Below, in pieces: positions 1 through 9,223 of a stretch of DNA of 64,000 nucleotides; positions within the stretch are counted from its first letter, which is position 1, and each line of letters opens with the position of its first letter. The notes under the pieces were generated by a model that saw nothing but the letters and a program-made list of their open reading frames with translations, was not told the DNA's origin and did not search any database. The position numbers and the translations under genes were made by a program. The stretch comes from Hyphomonadaceae bacterium (GTDB lineage: Bacteria > Pseudomonadota > Alphaproteobacteria > Caulobacterales > Aquidulcibacteraceae), in contig JBFWWB010000001.1 of NCBI GenBank assembly GCA_050246435.1, positions 736 through 64,735 on the forward strand. The letters run 5' to 3'.

Positions 1-69
1 GCCGGCGCGGCGGAAGGCGAAGGCGACAAGGCCGGAGACAAAGCCGCGGCCCCCGCCGCGAAGAAATAA
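1..69 (+). CDS. 3-prime end of a gene, probably 50S ribosomal protein L25/Ctc (partial)
   Basis: An open frame runs from the window edge to TAA at 67-69 (..AGAAEGEGDKAGDKAAAPAAKK*). The Ala/Lys/Glu-rich tail is typical of Ctc, and the position upstream of pth-ychF matches the common ctc-pth-ychF order. Confidence 0.4.
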   Translation, partial: AGAAEGEGDKAGDKAAAPAAKK

Positions 70-81
70 ACCGGCGCGCGC

Positions 82-690
82 TTGCTGCTGCTCGCCGGCC
101 TCGGCAACCCGGGCGAGAAATACGCCCGCAATCGGCACAATTTCGGTTTCCACGCCGTCGATGCGATCGCCGCGCGCTGGAAATTCGCGCCCTGGCGCAA
201 GCGATTCCAGGGCGAGGCCGCCGAGGGCGACATCGCCGGCGTCCGCACGCTGCTGCTCAAGCCGCAAACCTTCTACAACGAGAGCGGCCGGGCGGTGTCC
301 GAGGCGGCGAATTTCTACAAGCTCGCGCCCGGCGACATCGTCGTCTTCCATGACGAGATCGATCTCGCCCCCGGCCGGTTCCGCATGAAAACCGGCGGCG
401 GCGCGGCCGGCAACAATGGCATCCGCTCCGTCGCCGCCGCGATCGGGCCGGATTTTCGCCGCGCACGCCTGGGGATCGGCCATCCCGGCCACAAAGACCT
501 CGTGCAGGGCCAGGCGCTCTCGAACTTCACCAAAGCGGAGGCGGACTGGGCCGAAAAGCTGATCGCCGCCGTCGCCGAGGCGGCCGATCTGCTGGCCGCC
601 GGCGAAGATGAGAAATACCAGGGCCGCGTGCTCATGCTCGCGCCCGCGCCGAAGGCCGATCCGCGCAAGCCGGCGCGCCCGGAAGAATGA
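82..690 (+). CDS. pth: peptidyl-tRNA hydrolase
   Basis: The N-terminus LLLAGLGNPGEKYARNRHNFGF is the canonical Pth motif. TTG start, 202 aa. Confidence 0.95.
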   Translation: MLLLAGLGNPGEKYARNRHNFGFHAVDAIAARWKFAPWRKRFQGEAAEGDIAGVRTLLLKPQTFYNESGRAVSEAANFYKLAPGDIVVFHDEIDLAPGRFRMKTGGGAAGNNGIRSVAAAIGPDFRRARLGIGHPGHKDLVQGQALSNFTKAEADWAEKLIAAVAEAADLLAAGEDEKYQGRVLMLAPAPKADPRKPARPEE

Positions 691-778
691 CGCCGGTTTG
701 ATCCACGGCAATTTCGCAAGGCCGCATCTCAGCTAGCCTCTGGCGATCATCGCCTTCGCCGATCATATTAACGAAGCC

Positions 779-1561
779 ATGACCGCGTATCTGCTGAGCT
801 TCGGTCCCTTGGCGATCGTGCTGTCGATCGTGTGCGGCGCCCATGCCGTCCGCACGGGCCGGCCCGTGTTCTGGATATGGCTGTTCATTTTCGCGCCCGG
901 TCTGGGCCCGGCGATCTATGTCATCGCGGAGCTGCTGCCCGAATGGCTCGGCGGGCGCACGGCCAACCGGCTGCGCGCCGGCATCACCAAGGCGCTGGAG
1001 CCCGAGCGGGAATACCGCGCCGCCAAGGAGGCCGTCTACGAGGGGCCGAGCGCGGGTGCGCGCCTGCGCCTGGGCCACGCCGCCATGGCGCTGAAGCGCT
1101 ATGAAGAAGCCGAAACGCAATTCCGCCAGGCCGCCCAAGGCCAGTTCGCGGACGATCCGGCGATCCTGATGGCGCACGCCGCAGCACTGCTGGAGCTGCG
1201 GCGCTGGGAAGAAGCGCTGCAGCGGATGGAGGCCGTGCTGGCGCAAGGCGCGCCGGGGCGCACGCCGCAGGCCGCGCTCGCCTTCGCGCGCGCGTATGAG
1301 GGGCTGGGCCGCCTGGAGGAGGCCGAAGCGCCCTATCGTTTCGCAGTCGAGCGCATGCCGGGTCTTGAAGCGGCGGCCCGCTATGTGGCTTTCCTGGCCC
1401 GCGCCGGGCGCAAGGAAGAGACGCGTGAAGGCATGACCGAGATCGACCGCCGCCTCGCCAAGACGCCGGCGCACTTCCGCGCCGAGGCGCGCGCATGGCG
1501 CGACATGGCCGCCGCTGCCGCCGCCTCCGCCCCCGCCTCCACTTCCGCCAATCGCGGCTGA
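779..1561 (+). CDS. membrane protein with N-terminal two-helix domain and TPR-like C-terminal region
   Basis: Two hydrophobic helices at the N-terminus (FGPLAIVLSIVCGA, VFWIWLFIFAPGLGPAIYVIAELL) are followed by Ala/Leu/Glu-rich helical repeats. Codon usage is consistent with the genome. Confidence 0.6.
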   Translation: MTAYLLSFGPLAIVLSIVCGAHAVRTGRPVFWIWLFIFAPGLGPAIYVIAELLPEWLGGRTANRLRAGITKALEPEREYRAAKEAVYEGPSAGARLRLGHAAMALKRYEEAETQFRQAAQGQFADDPAILMAHAAALLELRRWEEALQRMEAVLAQGAPGRTPQAALAFARAYEGLGRLEEAEAPYRFAVERMPGLEAAARYVAFLARAGRKEETREGMTEIDRRLAKTPAHFRAEARAWRDMAAAAAASAPASTSANRG

Positions 1562-1563
1562 TC

Positions 1564-2244
1564 ATGCGCGAAGGCCGCCGGATCGCCTTCCTCGCCGCCT
1601 CGGCGGACGGCTTCATCGCCGATGCGCACGGCCAGGTGGGCTGGCTCGACGCGTTCGGCGGCGCGGCCGATTTCGGTTTCGACGACTTCGTCGGCGGCGT
1701 GGATGCGCTGCTGATGGGCCGGCGCACGTTCGATCAGCTGGCGGGCTTCGGCGGCCCATGGCCGTACGGGTCGCGCCCCGTCCTTGTGCTCACCCATCGC
1801 CCGCTGCCGCCGAACGCGCCCGCCTCCGTGCGCGGAGCGGACGAGGCGGAAACCGCCGAAGCCCTGAGCGGCGCGCCGGGGCGCATCTGGATCGTCGGCG
1901 GCGGCGAAACGCTGGGCGTGTGCCTGCGCCGCCGCCTGATCGACGAAATCCACCTCTTCACCATGCCGATCCTGCTGGGCGAAGGCGTTTCATTGGCGTC
2001 CGGCCTCGGCGGCGCCATCCCCTTGGCCCTCGCAGCGTCCGAAGCGCTCGCCCACGGCGTGACGAAGGCGGTGTATCGCCCGCTGCCGCGCGGGCCGGCC
2101 GACACCCAAACCGGCGCCGTCGCGCTGAAACCGTTGGCCACGCCGAACGAGGAAGGCCTCGCCACAGGCCCTGGGGCCGTCACTACGCCGGAGGCGGGCG
2201 AATGGCCGTACCCCGCGGAAGCGAACGTTGAAAAGGACGCTTGA
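1564..2244 (+). CDS. dihydrofolate reductase family protein (RibD C-terminal domain type)
   Basis: RIAFLAASADGFIADAHGQVGWL ... LLMGRRTFDQL ... IWIVGGGE ... IDEIHLFTMPILLGEG is the RibD_C/DHFR-like pattern. I chose the ATG at 1564 rather than the track start at 1495. Confidence 0.7.
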   Translation: MREGRRIAFLAASADGFIADAHGQVGWLDAFGGAADFGFDDFVGGVDALLMGRRTFDQLAGFGGPWPYGSRPVLVLTHRPLPPNAPASVRGADEAETAEALSGAPGRIWIVGGGETLGVCLRRRLIDEIHLFTMPILLGEGVSLASGLGGAIPLALAASEALAHGVTKAVYRPLPRGPADTQTGAVALKPLATPNEEGLATGPGAVTTPEAGEWPYPAEANVEKDA

Positions 2245-2311
2245 GGTCGACAACGCACCGGCCTGGCCCTATCTGCGAGCCTCTTTTTCCAACTTCCGCG
2301 GCGCGAGTTTC

Positions 2312-3409
2312 ATGGGTTTCAAATGCGGCATCGTGGGTTTGCCGAATGTCGGCAAATCCACGCTCTTCAACGCGCTGACGCAGACCGCGGCGGCCCAGGC
2401 GGCGAATTATCCGTTCTGCACGATCGAGCCGAACGTCGGCGAAGTGGCCGTGCCCGAGGCGCGCCTCGATACGCTCGCCGGCATCGCCAAATCGAAGGAG
2501 ATCATCCCCGCGCGGATGAATTTCGTCGATATCGCGGGCCTCGTGAAGGGCGCCAGCGCCGGCGAGGGCCTGGGCAACCAATTCCTCGGCAACATCCGCG
2601 AGACGGATGCGATCGTGTATGTCTGCCGCTGCTTCGTGGATGACGACGTCACCCATGTTTCCGGCCGCATCGATCCGTTGGCCGATCTGGAGATCATCGA
2701 AACGGAATTGATGCTGGCCGATCTCGAAAGCCTCGAAAAGCGCCGCGCCAATGTCGAAAAGAAAGCCAAGGGCGGCGACAAGGAAGCGAAGGAAACGCTC
2801 GCGCTGATCGATCTCGCAAAGATCGAACTGGACGCCGGCCGCCCCGCGCGCCGCGCGAAGGTGGCCGAAGAGCACGTCAAAGCCTGGGACATGCTGCAGC
2901 TGCTGACGGCGAAACCCGTGCTGTATGTCTGCAATGTCGATGAGGCGAGCGCGGGATCGGGCAACGCCTTGTCGGAGCAGGTGTTCGCGCGCGCGAAGGC
3001 CGAAGGCGCGCAAGCCGTCGCCATCTCCGCGAAGATCGAATCCGAGGTGGCGCTGCTCGATGCGGCCGAGCGCGCGGAATATCTGGACGCGCTGGGCCTC
3101 GCGGAGCCGGGCCTCAACCGCCTCATCCGCGCGGGCTACACGCTGCTGGGCCTCATCACCTATTTCACCGCCGGCCCGAAAGAGACGCGCGCCTGGACGA
3201 TCCATAGCGGCTGGACCGCGCCTCAGGCCGCCGGCGTCATTCACACCGATTTCGAGAAGGGCTTTATCCGCGCCGAAACCATCGCGTATGAGGATTATGT
3301 CCGGCTCGGCGGCGAGGTCGGCGCGAAGGACGCCGGCAAGATGCGGCTCGAAGGCAAGGATTATGTCGTCCAGGATGGCGACGTGATGCACTTCCGCTTC
3401 AACGCCTGA
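2312..3409 (+). CDS. ychF: redox-regulated ATPase YchF
   Basis: MGFKCGIVGLPNVGKSTLFNALT P-loop. The C-terminal TGS-like end is GKDYVVQDGDVMHFRFN. Start taken at the internal ATG 2312. Confidence 0.95.
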   Translation: MGFKCGIVGLPNVGKSTLFNALTQTAAAQAANYPFCTIEPNVGEVAVPEARLDTLAGIAKSKEIIPARMNFVDIAGLVKGASAGEGLGNQFLGNIRETDAIVYVCRCFVDDDVTHVSGRIDPLADLEIIETELMLADLESLEKRRANVEKKAKGGDKEAKETLALIDLAKIELDAGRPARRAKVAEEHVKAWDMLQLLTAKPVLYVCNVDEASAGSGNALSEQVFARAKAEGAQAVAISAKIESEVALLDAAERAEYLDALGLAEPGLNRLIRAGYTLLGLITYFTAGPKETRAWTIHSGWTAPQAAGVIHTDFEKGFIRAETIAYEDYVRLGGEVGAKDAGKMRLEGKDYVVQDGDVMHFRFNA

Positions 3410-3471
3410 TCCGCCCGGCGGGGCGGCGAAACCGGCTTGCGGATTCGCAGCGTTATGGCCAGATCGCGGCC

Positions 3472-4140
3472 ATGCAGCTCACTTCCCCGCTCGACCGTTT
3501 CGTCTTCCCCGCCCACCATGCGCCGGCGCGCGGCGCGCGCCGCGGCGGCGTTGTGGTGATCCAGGAAATCTTCGGGGTCACCGATCATATCCGCGCCATG
3601 TGCGACCGCTTCGCTGCCGCCGGGTACGAGGCGCTGGCGCCGGCGATGTATGAGCGCGCCGAGCCTGGCTTCGAGATCAAGGGCGCCGTCACGCCCGATG
3701 CGATCCAGCAGGCGCTGCCGCTGGTGCAGAAAACACCGTGGAGCCAGGTCGCCGCAGACATGCAGGCCGCGATTGACGCGCTAACGGGGCCCGTCTTCGT
3801 CACCGGCTTCTGCTGGGGCGGGGCTGCGGCCTGGCTCGCTGCGCAGCACTGCGCCGGCGTCGCGGCCGCTTCCGGGTTCTACGGCCGCGCCATCAACGAT
3901 TTGCTGCAGGATGCGCCGAAGGCGCCGGTTATCCTGCACTATGGCAAAAACGACGCCGGCATCCCGCTCACGGCGGTAGATGCGGTGCGCGCCGCCCATC
4001 CAACCGTGCCAATCTATCTGTATGACGCCGGCCACGGCTTCTGCCGCGAAGGCGGCCACGATTTCAACGAAGCGGCGCGCGACAAGGCGATGTCGCGCAC
4101 GCTCGATTTCTTTGGCGCCCAAGCCGAAAGGTTCGCCTGA
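3472..4140 (+). CDS. dienelactone hydrolase family protein
   Basis: VVVIQEIFGVTDHIRAMCDRFAAAGYEALAPAMY and GFCWGG (nucleophile Cys elbow) are typical of carboxymethylenebutenolidase-like alpha/beta hydrolases. Confidence 0.8.
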   Translation: MQLTSPLDRFVFPAHHAPARGARRGGVVVIQEIFGVTDHIRAMCDRFAAAGYEALAPAMYERAEPGFEIKGAVTPDAIQQALPLVQKTPWSQVAADMQAAIDALTGPVFVTGFCWGGAAAWLAAQHCAGVAAASGFYGRAINDLLQDAPKAPVILHYGKNDAGIPLTAVDAVRAAHPTVPIYLYDAGHGFCREGGHDFNEAARDKAMSRTLDFFGAQAERFA

Positions 4141-4538
4141 TGCCGCTCGATCACGTTTCCATCGGCGTCACGGACGTGCGCCGCGCGCGCCGCTTCTATG
4201 ACGCCGTGCTTGCGCCGCTGGGCTGGAAGCCGGTGATGCCGGTGGAGGTGAAGGGGACGCTGCTGGGCGTCGGCTACGGCGAGGCCGCGCAGCCCGTCTT
4301 CTGGATTCAGCTGCCGGCGAACGAGCGCCCGGCGTCGGCCGGCAACGGCGTCCATGTCGCGTTCAACGCCGCCACCCGCGAACAGGTGGACGCCTTCTAT
4401 CTCGCCGCGCTGGAGCAAGGCGGCGTGGACGATGGCAAGCCCGGCCTGCGCACCGAATACCACCCCGATTATTACGGCGCCTTCGTCCGCGATCCGGACG
4501 GCAACAAGGTTGAGGCCTGCTGCCACACCCACGCATGA
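4140..4538 (+). CDS. VOC (glyoxalase/bleomycin resistance/dioxygenase) family protein
   Basis: 132 aa. LDHVSIGVTDVRRARRFYDAVLAPLG ... YGAFVRDPDGNKVEA is a typical VOC fold signature. The ATG overlaps the upstream TGA (ATGA). Confidence 0.75.
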   Translation: MPLDHVSIGVTDVRRARRFYDAVLAPLGWKPVMPVEVKGTLLGVGYGEAAQPVFWIQLPANERPASAGNGVHVAFNAATREQVDAFYLAALEQGGVDDGKPGLRTEYHPDYYGAFVRDPDGNKVEACCHTHA

Positions 4539-4605
4539 GCCGCCTCGCCCCGCGCCGGCGGCTCTGTTACACTCCCGCCAACGATAGCGCTAAGGGAGCG
4601 CCGCC

Positions 4606-5424
4606 ATGCGGCTGACGGCGGAGCAAATCCGGAACTTTAACGAAGAGGGCTACGCCTTCTTTCCCAATTGCTTCTCGGAGGAGGAAATCTCCCTGCTGCG
4701 CGAAGCGGCCGATGAAATCCTCGCACTGCATCGCGAAGAGGTGTGGCGCGAAAAGAACGGCGCGCCGCGCACTGCCTTCGCCGCGCACAAATTCAACGAG
4801 GTGTTCCAGCTGATGGCGCGCGATCCGCGCCTGGTCGAGCCGTTGGAGCAGATGTTCGGCGAGGGCGTGTACGTCCATCAGTTCAAGCTCAACGCCAAAG
4901 CCGCCTTCGAAGGCGATGTCTGGCAATGGCACCAGGATTACGGCACCTGGGCGCGCGACGACGGCATGCCCGAACCGCGCGCGATGAATATCGCGGTGTA
5001 TCTGGATGAGGTGTTCAGTTTCAACGGCGGCTTGATGCTCGTGCCGCGCAGCCACAAGCAAGGCACGCTGAAGGCCGGCCACGATCTGGAGACGACGTCC
5101 TATCCGCTCTGGACTCTCGATCAGGAAACCGTCGCGCGCCTCTGCCGCGACGCCGAACGCGACGGCAAGCCCGGCATCGTCTCGCCCACGGGAAAGCCCG
5201 GCTCCGTGCTCATGTTCCACGGTAATCTGGTGCACGGATCGGCGCCGAACATCACGCCCTACCCGCGCAAGATCGTGTACCTCACGCTCTGCGCCGTTTC
5301 GAACCACATCACCAAATTCACCCGCCCGGAATTCATCGCGCACCGCGATTTCGCGCCGATCGAGCAGGTGGCCGAAAGCGCCCTGCTCGATTATGCGCGC
5401 GCCCAGCGCGTCGCCGCCCAATAG
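4606..5424 (+). CDS. phytanoyl-CoA dioxygenase (PhyH) family Fe(II)/2-oxoglutarate dioxygenase, ectoine-hydroxylase-like
   Basis: WQWHQDYGTWARDDGMPEPRAM resembles the EctD signature (WHSDFETWHxEDGMP). It has the HxD facial triad and a distal His in FHGNLVHGSAPN. Confidence 0.8.
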   Translation: MRLTAEQIRNFNEEGYAFFPNCFSEEEISLLREAADEILALHREEVWREKNGAPRTAFAAHKFNEVFQLMARDPRLVEPLEQMFGEGVYVHQFKLNAKAAFEGDVWQWHQDYGTWARDDGMPEPRAMNIAVYLDEVFSFNGGLMLVPRSHKQGTLKAGHDLETTSYPLWTLDQETVARLCRDAERDGKPGIVSPTGKPGSVLMFHGNLVHGSAPNITPYPRKIVYLTLCAVSNHITKFTRPEFIAHRDFAPIEQVAESALLDYARAQRVAAQ

Positions 5425-5508
5425 CCCCTTTTCGCGGCCGGGCAGGCTTGCGTTCCCGCGCGAAAGGTCTAACCATTCGCGTCCAGAAAAACGGCCTGGG
5501 AGGAATAC

Positions 5509-6810
5509 ATGGCCTACGGCGAAGGCGTGAACGCGTCACCGCTTCTTCTGGATGATCGCGAGTCCGGCATTTTCCGCATCAATCGCCGCGCCTTCGTCGA
5601 TGAAGAGATTCTTCGGCTGGAGCGCGAGCGTATTTTCGATCGCTGCTGGCTGTTCGCCGGCCACCAATCGGAATTCCCGAACCCTGGCGATTTCGTCACC
5701 CGCAGCGTCGCCGGCCGGCCGCTGATCTTGTGCACCGGCGATGATGGCAAAGTGCGCGTGATGCTCAACACCTGCCGCCACCGCGGCAATCTGGTGTGCC
5801 GCGAGGCGAAGGGCAAAGGCGCGGAAGTGTTCCGCTGCTTCTATCACGGCTGGATCTTCAACACCCGCGGCGAGCTGAAAGGCATTCCGGGCGAAGAAGC
5901 CTATAGCGACGCGTTCGACCGTGAAGCCTTGGGCCTCGAGCCGGTGCCGCGCGTGCACAACCATCGCGGCGTGATCTTCATCAGCTTCGATCCGAACGTC
6001 GAAGAATTCTATTCGTACATGGGCGCAGCGATCAACGCGATCGACAACACGCTCAACCTCGGCGACATGGAATTCGTCAACGGCTATTACAAATACTCGA
6101 TGCGCGCGAATTGGAAGCTGCTCGTCGAAAACAGCATGGACGCCTATCACGGGCCGTTCACGCACGAGCGCTTCTTCTCGCACTTCATGCAGGACATGAA
6201 GCTGCCGAGCATGGTCGACATGCCGCCGCCGAAGAACAACAAGGAGCCGTTTGGCGGATCAATGCCGCCGGGCAACGGCCATGTCGGGGGCTATCCCACG
6301 CAGGACGGCATGCGCGCCGACATTCCCTATCTCGAAAAGTTCGCGCCCCAAGGCGTCGCGGAAGCGCGCGCCCGGATCGCCGCCGAACACGGCGCCGACA
6401 AGGTGAAGATGATCGAGGGCGGCTGCGGCAATTACCTCATCTTCCCCAACCTCATCCTGGTGGACGGCTGGCGTGTGTTCCGCACCTTCTATCCGAGCCG
6501 GCCGGGCTACATGGAGATCAACGGCTGGGCGTGCCTGCCGAAGGAAGATAGCCCCGAGATGCGCAAGGCGCGCCTCGATTGGTATATCGGCTTCCAAGGT
6601 CCCGGCGGTTTCGCCACGCCGGATGACGTGGAGGGCCTCGAAGGCTGCCAGATGGGCTTCGAGACGCACCGCGAAGTCGAATGGTCCGATCTCTCGCGCT
6701 GCATGAAAAACAAGAACGGCCCGATGGGCGAAGAGCATCTGCGCGGTTTCTGGCGCGAATGGCTCGCCCGCATCACCACCGGCGGCCACGCGGATAACCA
6801 CGCCGACTGA
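5509..6810 (+). CDS. Rieske-type aromatic ring-hydroxylating oxygenase alpha subunit
   Basis: Rieske motif CRHRGNLVC-x17-CFYHGW. The catalytic domain has ENSMDAYHGPFTH (mononuclear iron His pair). 433 aa. Confidence 0.85.
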   Translation: MAYGEGVNASPLLLDDRESGIFRINRRAFVDEEILRLERERIFDRCWLFAGHQSEFPNPGDFVTRSVAGRPLILCTGDDGKVRVMLNTCRHRGNLVCREAKGKGAEVFRCFYHGWIFNTRGELKGIPGEEAYSDAFDREALGLEPVPRVHNHRGVIFISFDPNVEEFYSYMGAAINAIDNTLNLGDMEFVNGYYKYSMRANWKLLVENSMDAYHGPFTHERFFSHFMQDMKLPSMVDMPPPKNNKEPFGGSMPPGNGHVGGYPTQDGMRADIPYLEKFAPQGVAEARARIAAEHGADKVKMIEGGCGNYLIFPNLILVDGWRVFRTFYPSRPGYMEINGWACLPKEDSPEMRKARLDWYIGFQGPGGFATPDDVEGLEGCQMGFETHREVEWSDLSRCMKNKNGPMGEEHLRGFWREWLARITTGGHADNHAD

Positions 6811-6857
6811 CGGAAGGGTGAGCTTGCCACCCGCCCCCGGCGGGGCGATATGAAAGA

Positions 6858-6952
6858 TGGAGGCTGGCGGCGGACGGGAGTCCCGCCAACCCGGTCAGGT
6901 CCGGAAGGAAGCAGCCGCAACGGGCCGCTTTCGGGTCGACGCCAGTCTCTAC
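6858..6952 (+). ncRNA. ffs: signal recognition particle RNA (4.5S/small bacterial SRP RNA)
   Basis: Contains the near-invariant domain IV string GGTCAGGTCCGGAAGGAAGCAGCC (6893-6916). The 5-prime GAGGCTGGCG (6860-6869) pairs with CGCCAGTCTC (6940-6949) to close the helix. Ends are approximate. Confidence 0.85.
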
Positions 6953-6984
6953 CGCCCAGCCTCTGCGCGCGGCGGCGCAACGCG

Positions 6985-7027
6985 AAAAGGGCGCGCCCCC
7001 GGCGGGGACGCGCCCTTTGCTTTTTTG
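6985..7027 (+). terminator. rho-independent terminator after ffs (possibly bidirectional, also abuts the convergent gene ending at 7040)
   Basis: Perfect stem AAAGGGCGCG (6986-6995) / CGCGCCCTTT (7009-7018) followed by GCTTTTTTG. Confidence 0.6.
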
Positions 7028-7039
7028 CACGCAGCCGCG

Positions 7040-8365
7040 TCACGCGGCCTTGGCGATGACGCCGGCGCGCTGGGCGATGGCGCGCGCCCACGGGCTTTGC
7101 GGCTTCTGCGCCAGGCGCTCCGCCGCGATCGCCGCCGCCTGCTCAAGGCGCCCCGCGCGACGCGCCGCCTCGAACAAGGTGAGCGTGAGCAGATCGCGCT
7201 GGGCGTGGCTGCCGCCGAAGCGCTGGGCCCGGCCGCGCACGGCGTGCAACGCGTCCGCCGCGGCGGCGTAGCGGCCTGCGGCGAAGTCCGCCAGCGCCTG
7301 CGCCGCGGGCAAGCCCACATGGCGCGTCATGAAGGCGTTGTCGTCCGCCCCTTCTGCGCGCCGGCGCAACGTGGCGAGCATTCGCTCCGTCTCGGTCCTC
7401 CGGCCGGCGGCGAGGAACGCCATCATCGCATGCACGTCGTTGAACGCGTAGACGCCGTCGTCGGCGATGCGCGCCCAACTCTCGGCCAGCTCCGCCCAGC
7501 GGCCGCCGACATCGGCGCCCTCTAGATGCAGCCGCCAGAGCAGCGCCGATGCATCGATCATCTCCAGCAGCACTGTGCTCGGCTGCGGGCGGATTTTCGC
7601 ATCGTAAAGCGCCAGCGCAGCGGCGTAATCCAACCGATCGAGATGGAACAGCGCGACGTGCCACCAATTGTGGTAGGCGAAGACGCTTTCCGGCGCCCAG
7701 CCTGGCGCGCCCCCTTCGAGCCAGCGCACGCCTTCTTCCGCGCGGCCCTGCATCTCGCAGACATGCGCCACCGCGTGCGCGGCCCAGCTGTCCGCCGGCT
7801 CGATTGCGCACGCTTCGCGCCCGCAGACCTCCGCGCGGACGAAGTCGCCGCATTCCTCGTAGCCGAACGCCGCCATGCCCAGCACCGCGCCGCGTTCGAC
7901 CTCGCGCGCACCCCAGGCGCGCAGCGCTTGCACCGGGCGGTCGCGAAGCTCGGATTGCTGGCCGAGGAAGAAGTCCGCCATGTGCGCGAACTGCAGCGCG
8001 AACAGGTCGCGCGGATGCTCCTGCGCAAGCGCGCCCCAGCGGGCGGCCGCTTCGAGATAGCGCCCTTCCACCCAGGCGCGCGCCGCCGCCAGATGCGCCC
8101 GCTCGCGCGCGTTCGCATCGCCGGCCTCGCCGGCGCGCAGCGAGGATTCCGCCTCGCCCATATAGGCCTTGTCCGTCGTCTGGCCGATCGCCGCCGCGCG
8201 CACCGCCCAGGCGAGCGCGCAGGATTCGTCTTCCGCCAGCACCGCATCCAAGGATGCGATCGGATCGCCGCGCAGCAGCCGCAGCTGCTCGGCGGCGACA
8301 ACCATCTTGTCCATCGCGGCGCGCGACGCGCTGGCGACTGGAACGCCATAAGGATCCCGGTTCAT
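7040..8365 (-). CDS. tetratricopeptide repeat protein (TTC38-like family)
   Basis: 441 aa all-helical protein with repeated Ala/Trp/Tyr-rich TPR-like units. Family assignment is from memory of the roughly 440 aa bacterial TTC38 homologs. Confidence 0.65.
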   Translation of the reverse strand: MNRDPYGVPVASASRAAMDKMVVAAEQLRLLRGDPIASLDAVLAEDESCALAWAVRAAAIGQTTDKAYMGEAESSLRAGEAGDANARERAHLAAARAWVEGRYLEAAARWGALAQEHPRDLFALQFAHMADFFLGQQSELRDRPVQALRAWGAREVERGAVLGMAAFGYEECGDFVRAEVCGREACAIEPADSWAAHAVAHVCEMQGRAEEGVRWLEGGAPGWAPESVFAYHNWWHVALFHLDRLDYAAALALYDAKIRPQPSTVLLEMIDASALLWRLHLEGADVGGRWAELAESWARIADDGVYAFNDVHAMMAFLAAGRRTETERMLATLRRRAEGADDNAFMTRHVGLPAAQALADFAAGRYAAAADALHAVRGRAQRFGGSHAQRDLLTLTLFEAARRAGRLEQAAAIAAERLAQKPQSPWARAIAQRAGVIAKAA

Positions 8366-8599
8366 CAGCCTGCCTCTTGATCGTTTGGAGCGCGGGAAAC
8401 GGCTCCGTTCCGGGCTGGACGCTAGGGCTGCGGGCGGGCTGAACCTAGTCTACTCGTCGTACGCTTTGGCGCCGCTCTTCAAAAGCAAGAGATGTCAGCG
8501 CTTTACGGGCGCGCCGCGCCTCGGGCGCAATTGCCTGCGGCGTCGCGGGCATGGCAAATTCGCACTCTCGGTGCAGATATTCGCGGATGGGGGCGCGCC

Positions 8600-9223
8600 A
8601 TGGCGGCGAAGGCGGCGACGAAAGGCGGGCAAACGCGCGAGCGCCTGCTGCAGCTTGCTGAGGATGCGGTGTTGCGCCAGGGGTTCGCCGCGACCTCCCT
8701 GGAAGCGCTGATCGCCGCGGCCGGCATCACAAAGAGCGGCTTCCTCTATCATTTCCGCGACAAGCACGATCTCGCGAAGGCGCTGCTGCAGCGTTACCTC
8801 GAGCATGACGACGCGCTCCTCGATGCGCTCTTCGCCAAGGCCGATGACCTGATAGACGATCCGCTCCACGCTTATCTCGCCTTCCTCAAATTGTTCGCCG
8901 GCGTGATGGCCGATCTGCCCGCGCGCCATCCTGGCTGCATGGTCGCCTCATACTGTTATCAGGATCAGCTGCACAGCCGCGAAATTCGCGCAATGAGCGC
9001 CGCCGGGATGATGGCGTGGCGCACGCGCTTCCGCGCGCGGCTGGAGCGCATCGCCGCGCGCTATCCCCCGCGCGTCGCCGTCGATCTCGACGCTCTGGCC
9101 GATATGACGATCACGCTCGTCGAAGGCGGCATCATTCTCGACAAGGGCCGGCGCACGCATGGCGCGCTGGCGCAGCAGATCTTGATGCTGCGCGATTTCG
9201 TGCGCCTGGTGTTCGCGCCGTGA
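8600..9223 (+). CDS. TetR/AcrR family transcriptional regulator (copy 1)
   Basis: N-terminal HTH RERLLQLAEDAVLRQGFAATSLEALIAAAGITKSGFLYHFRDKHDL. Start taken at ATG 8600. Confidence 0.85.
   Translation: MAAKAATKGGQTRERLLQLAEDAVLRQGFAATSLEALIAAAGITKSGFLYHFRDKHDLAKALLQRYLEHDDALLDALFAKADDLIDDPLHAYLAFLKLFAGVMADLPARHPGCMVASYCYQDQLHSREIRAMSAAGMMAWRTRFRARLERIAARYPPRVAVDLDALADMTITLVEGGIILDKGRRTHGALAQQILMLRDFVRLVFAP

Noticed and set aside
6857-7525. 222 aa plus-strand ORF, and other ORFs covering 6507-7320
   Set aside because: They overlap the SRP RNA, its terminator and the antisense of the TPR gene. Their sequence is Arg/Ala-rich with no motifs.
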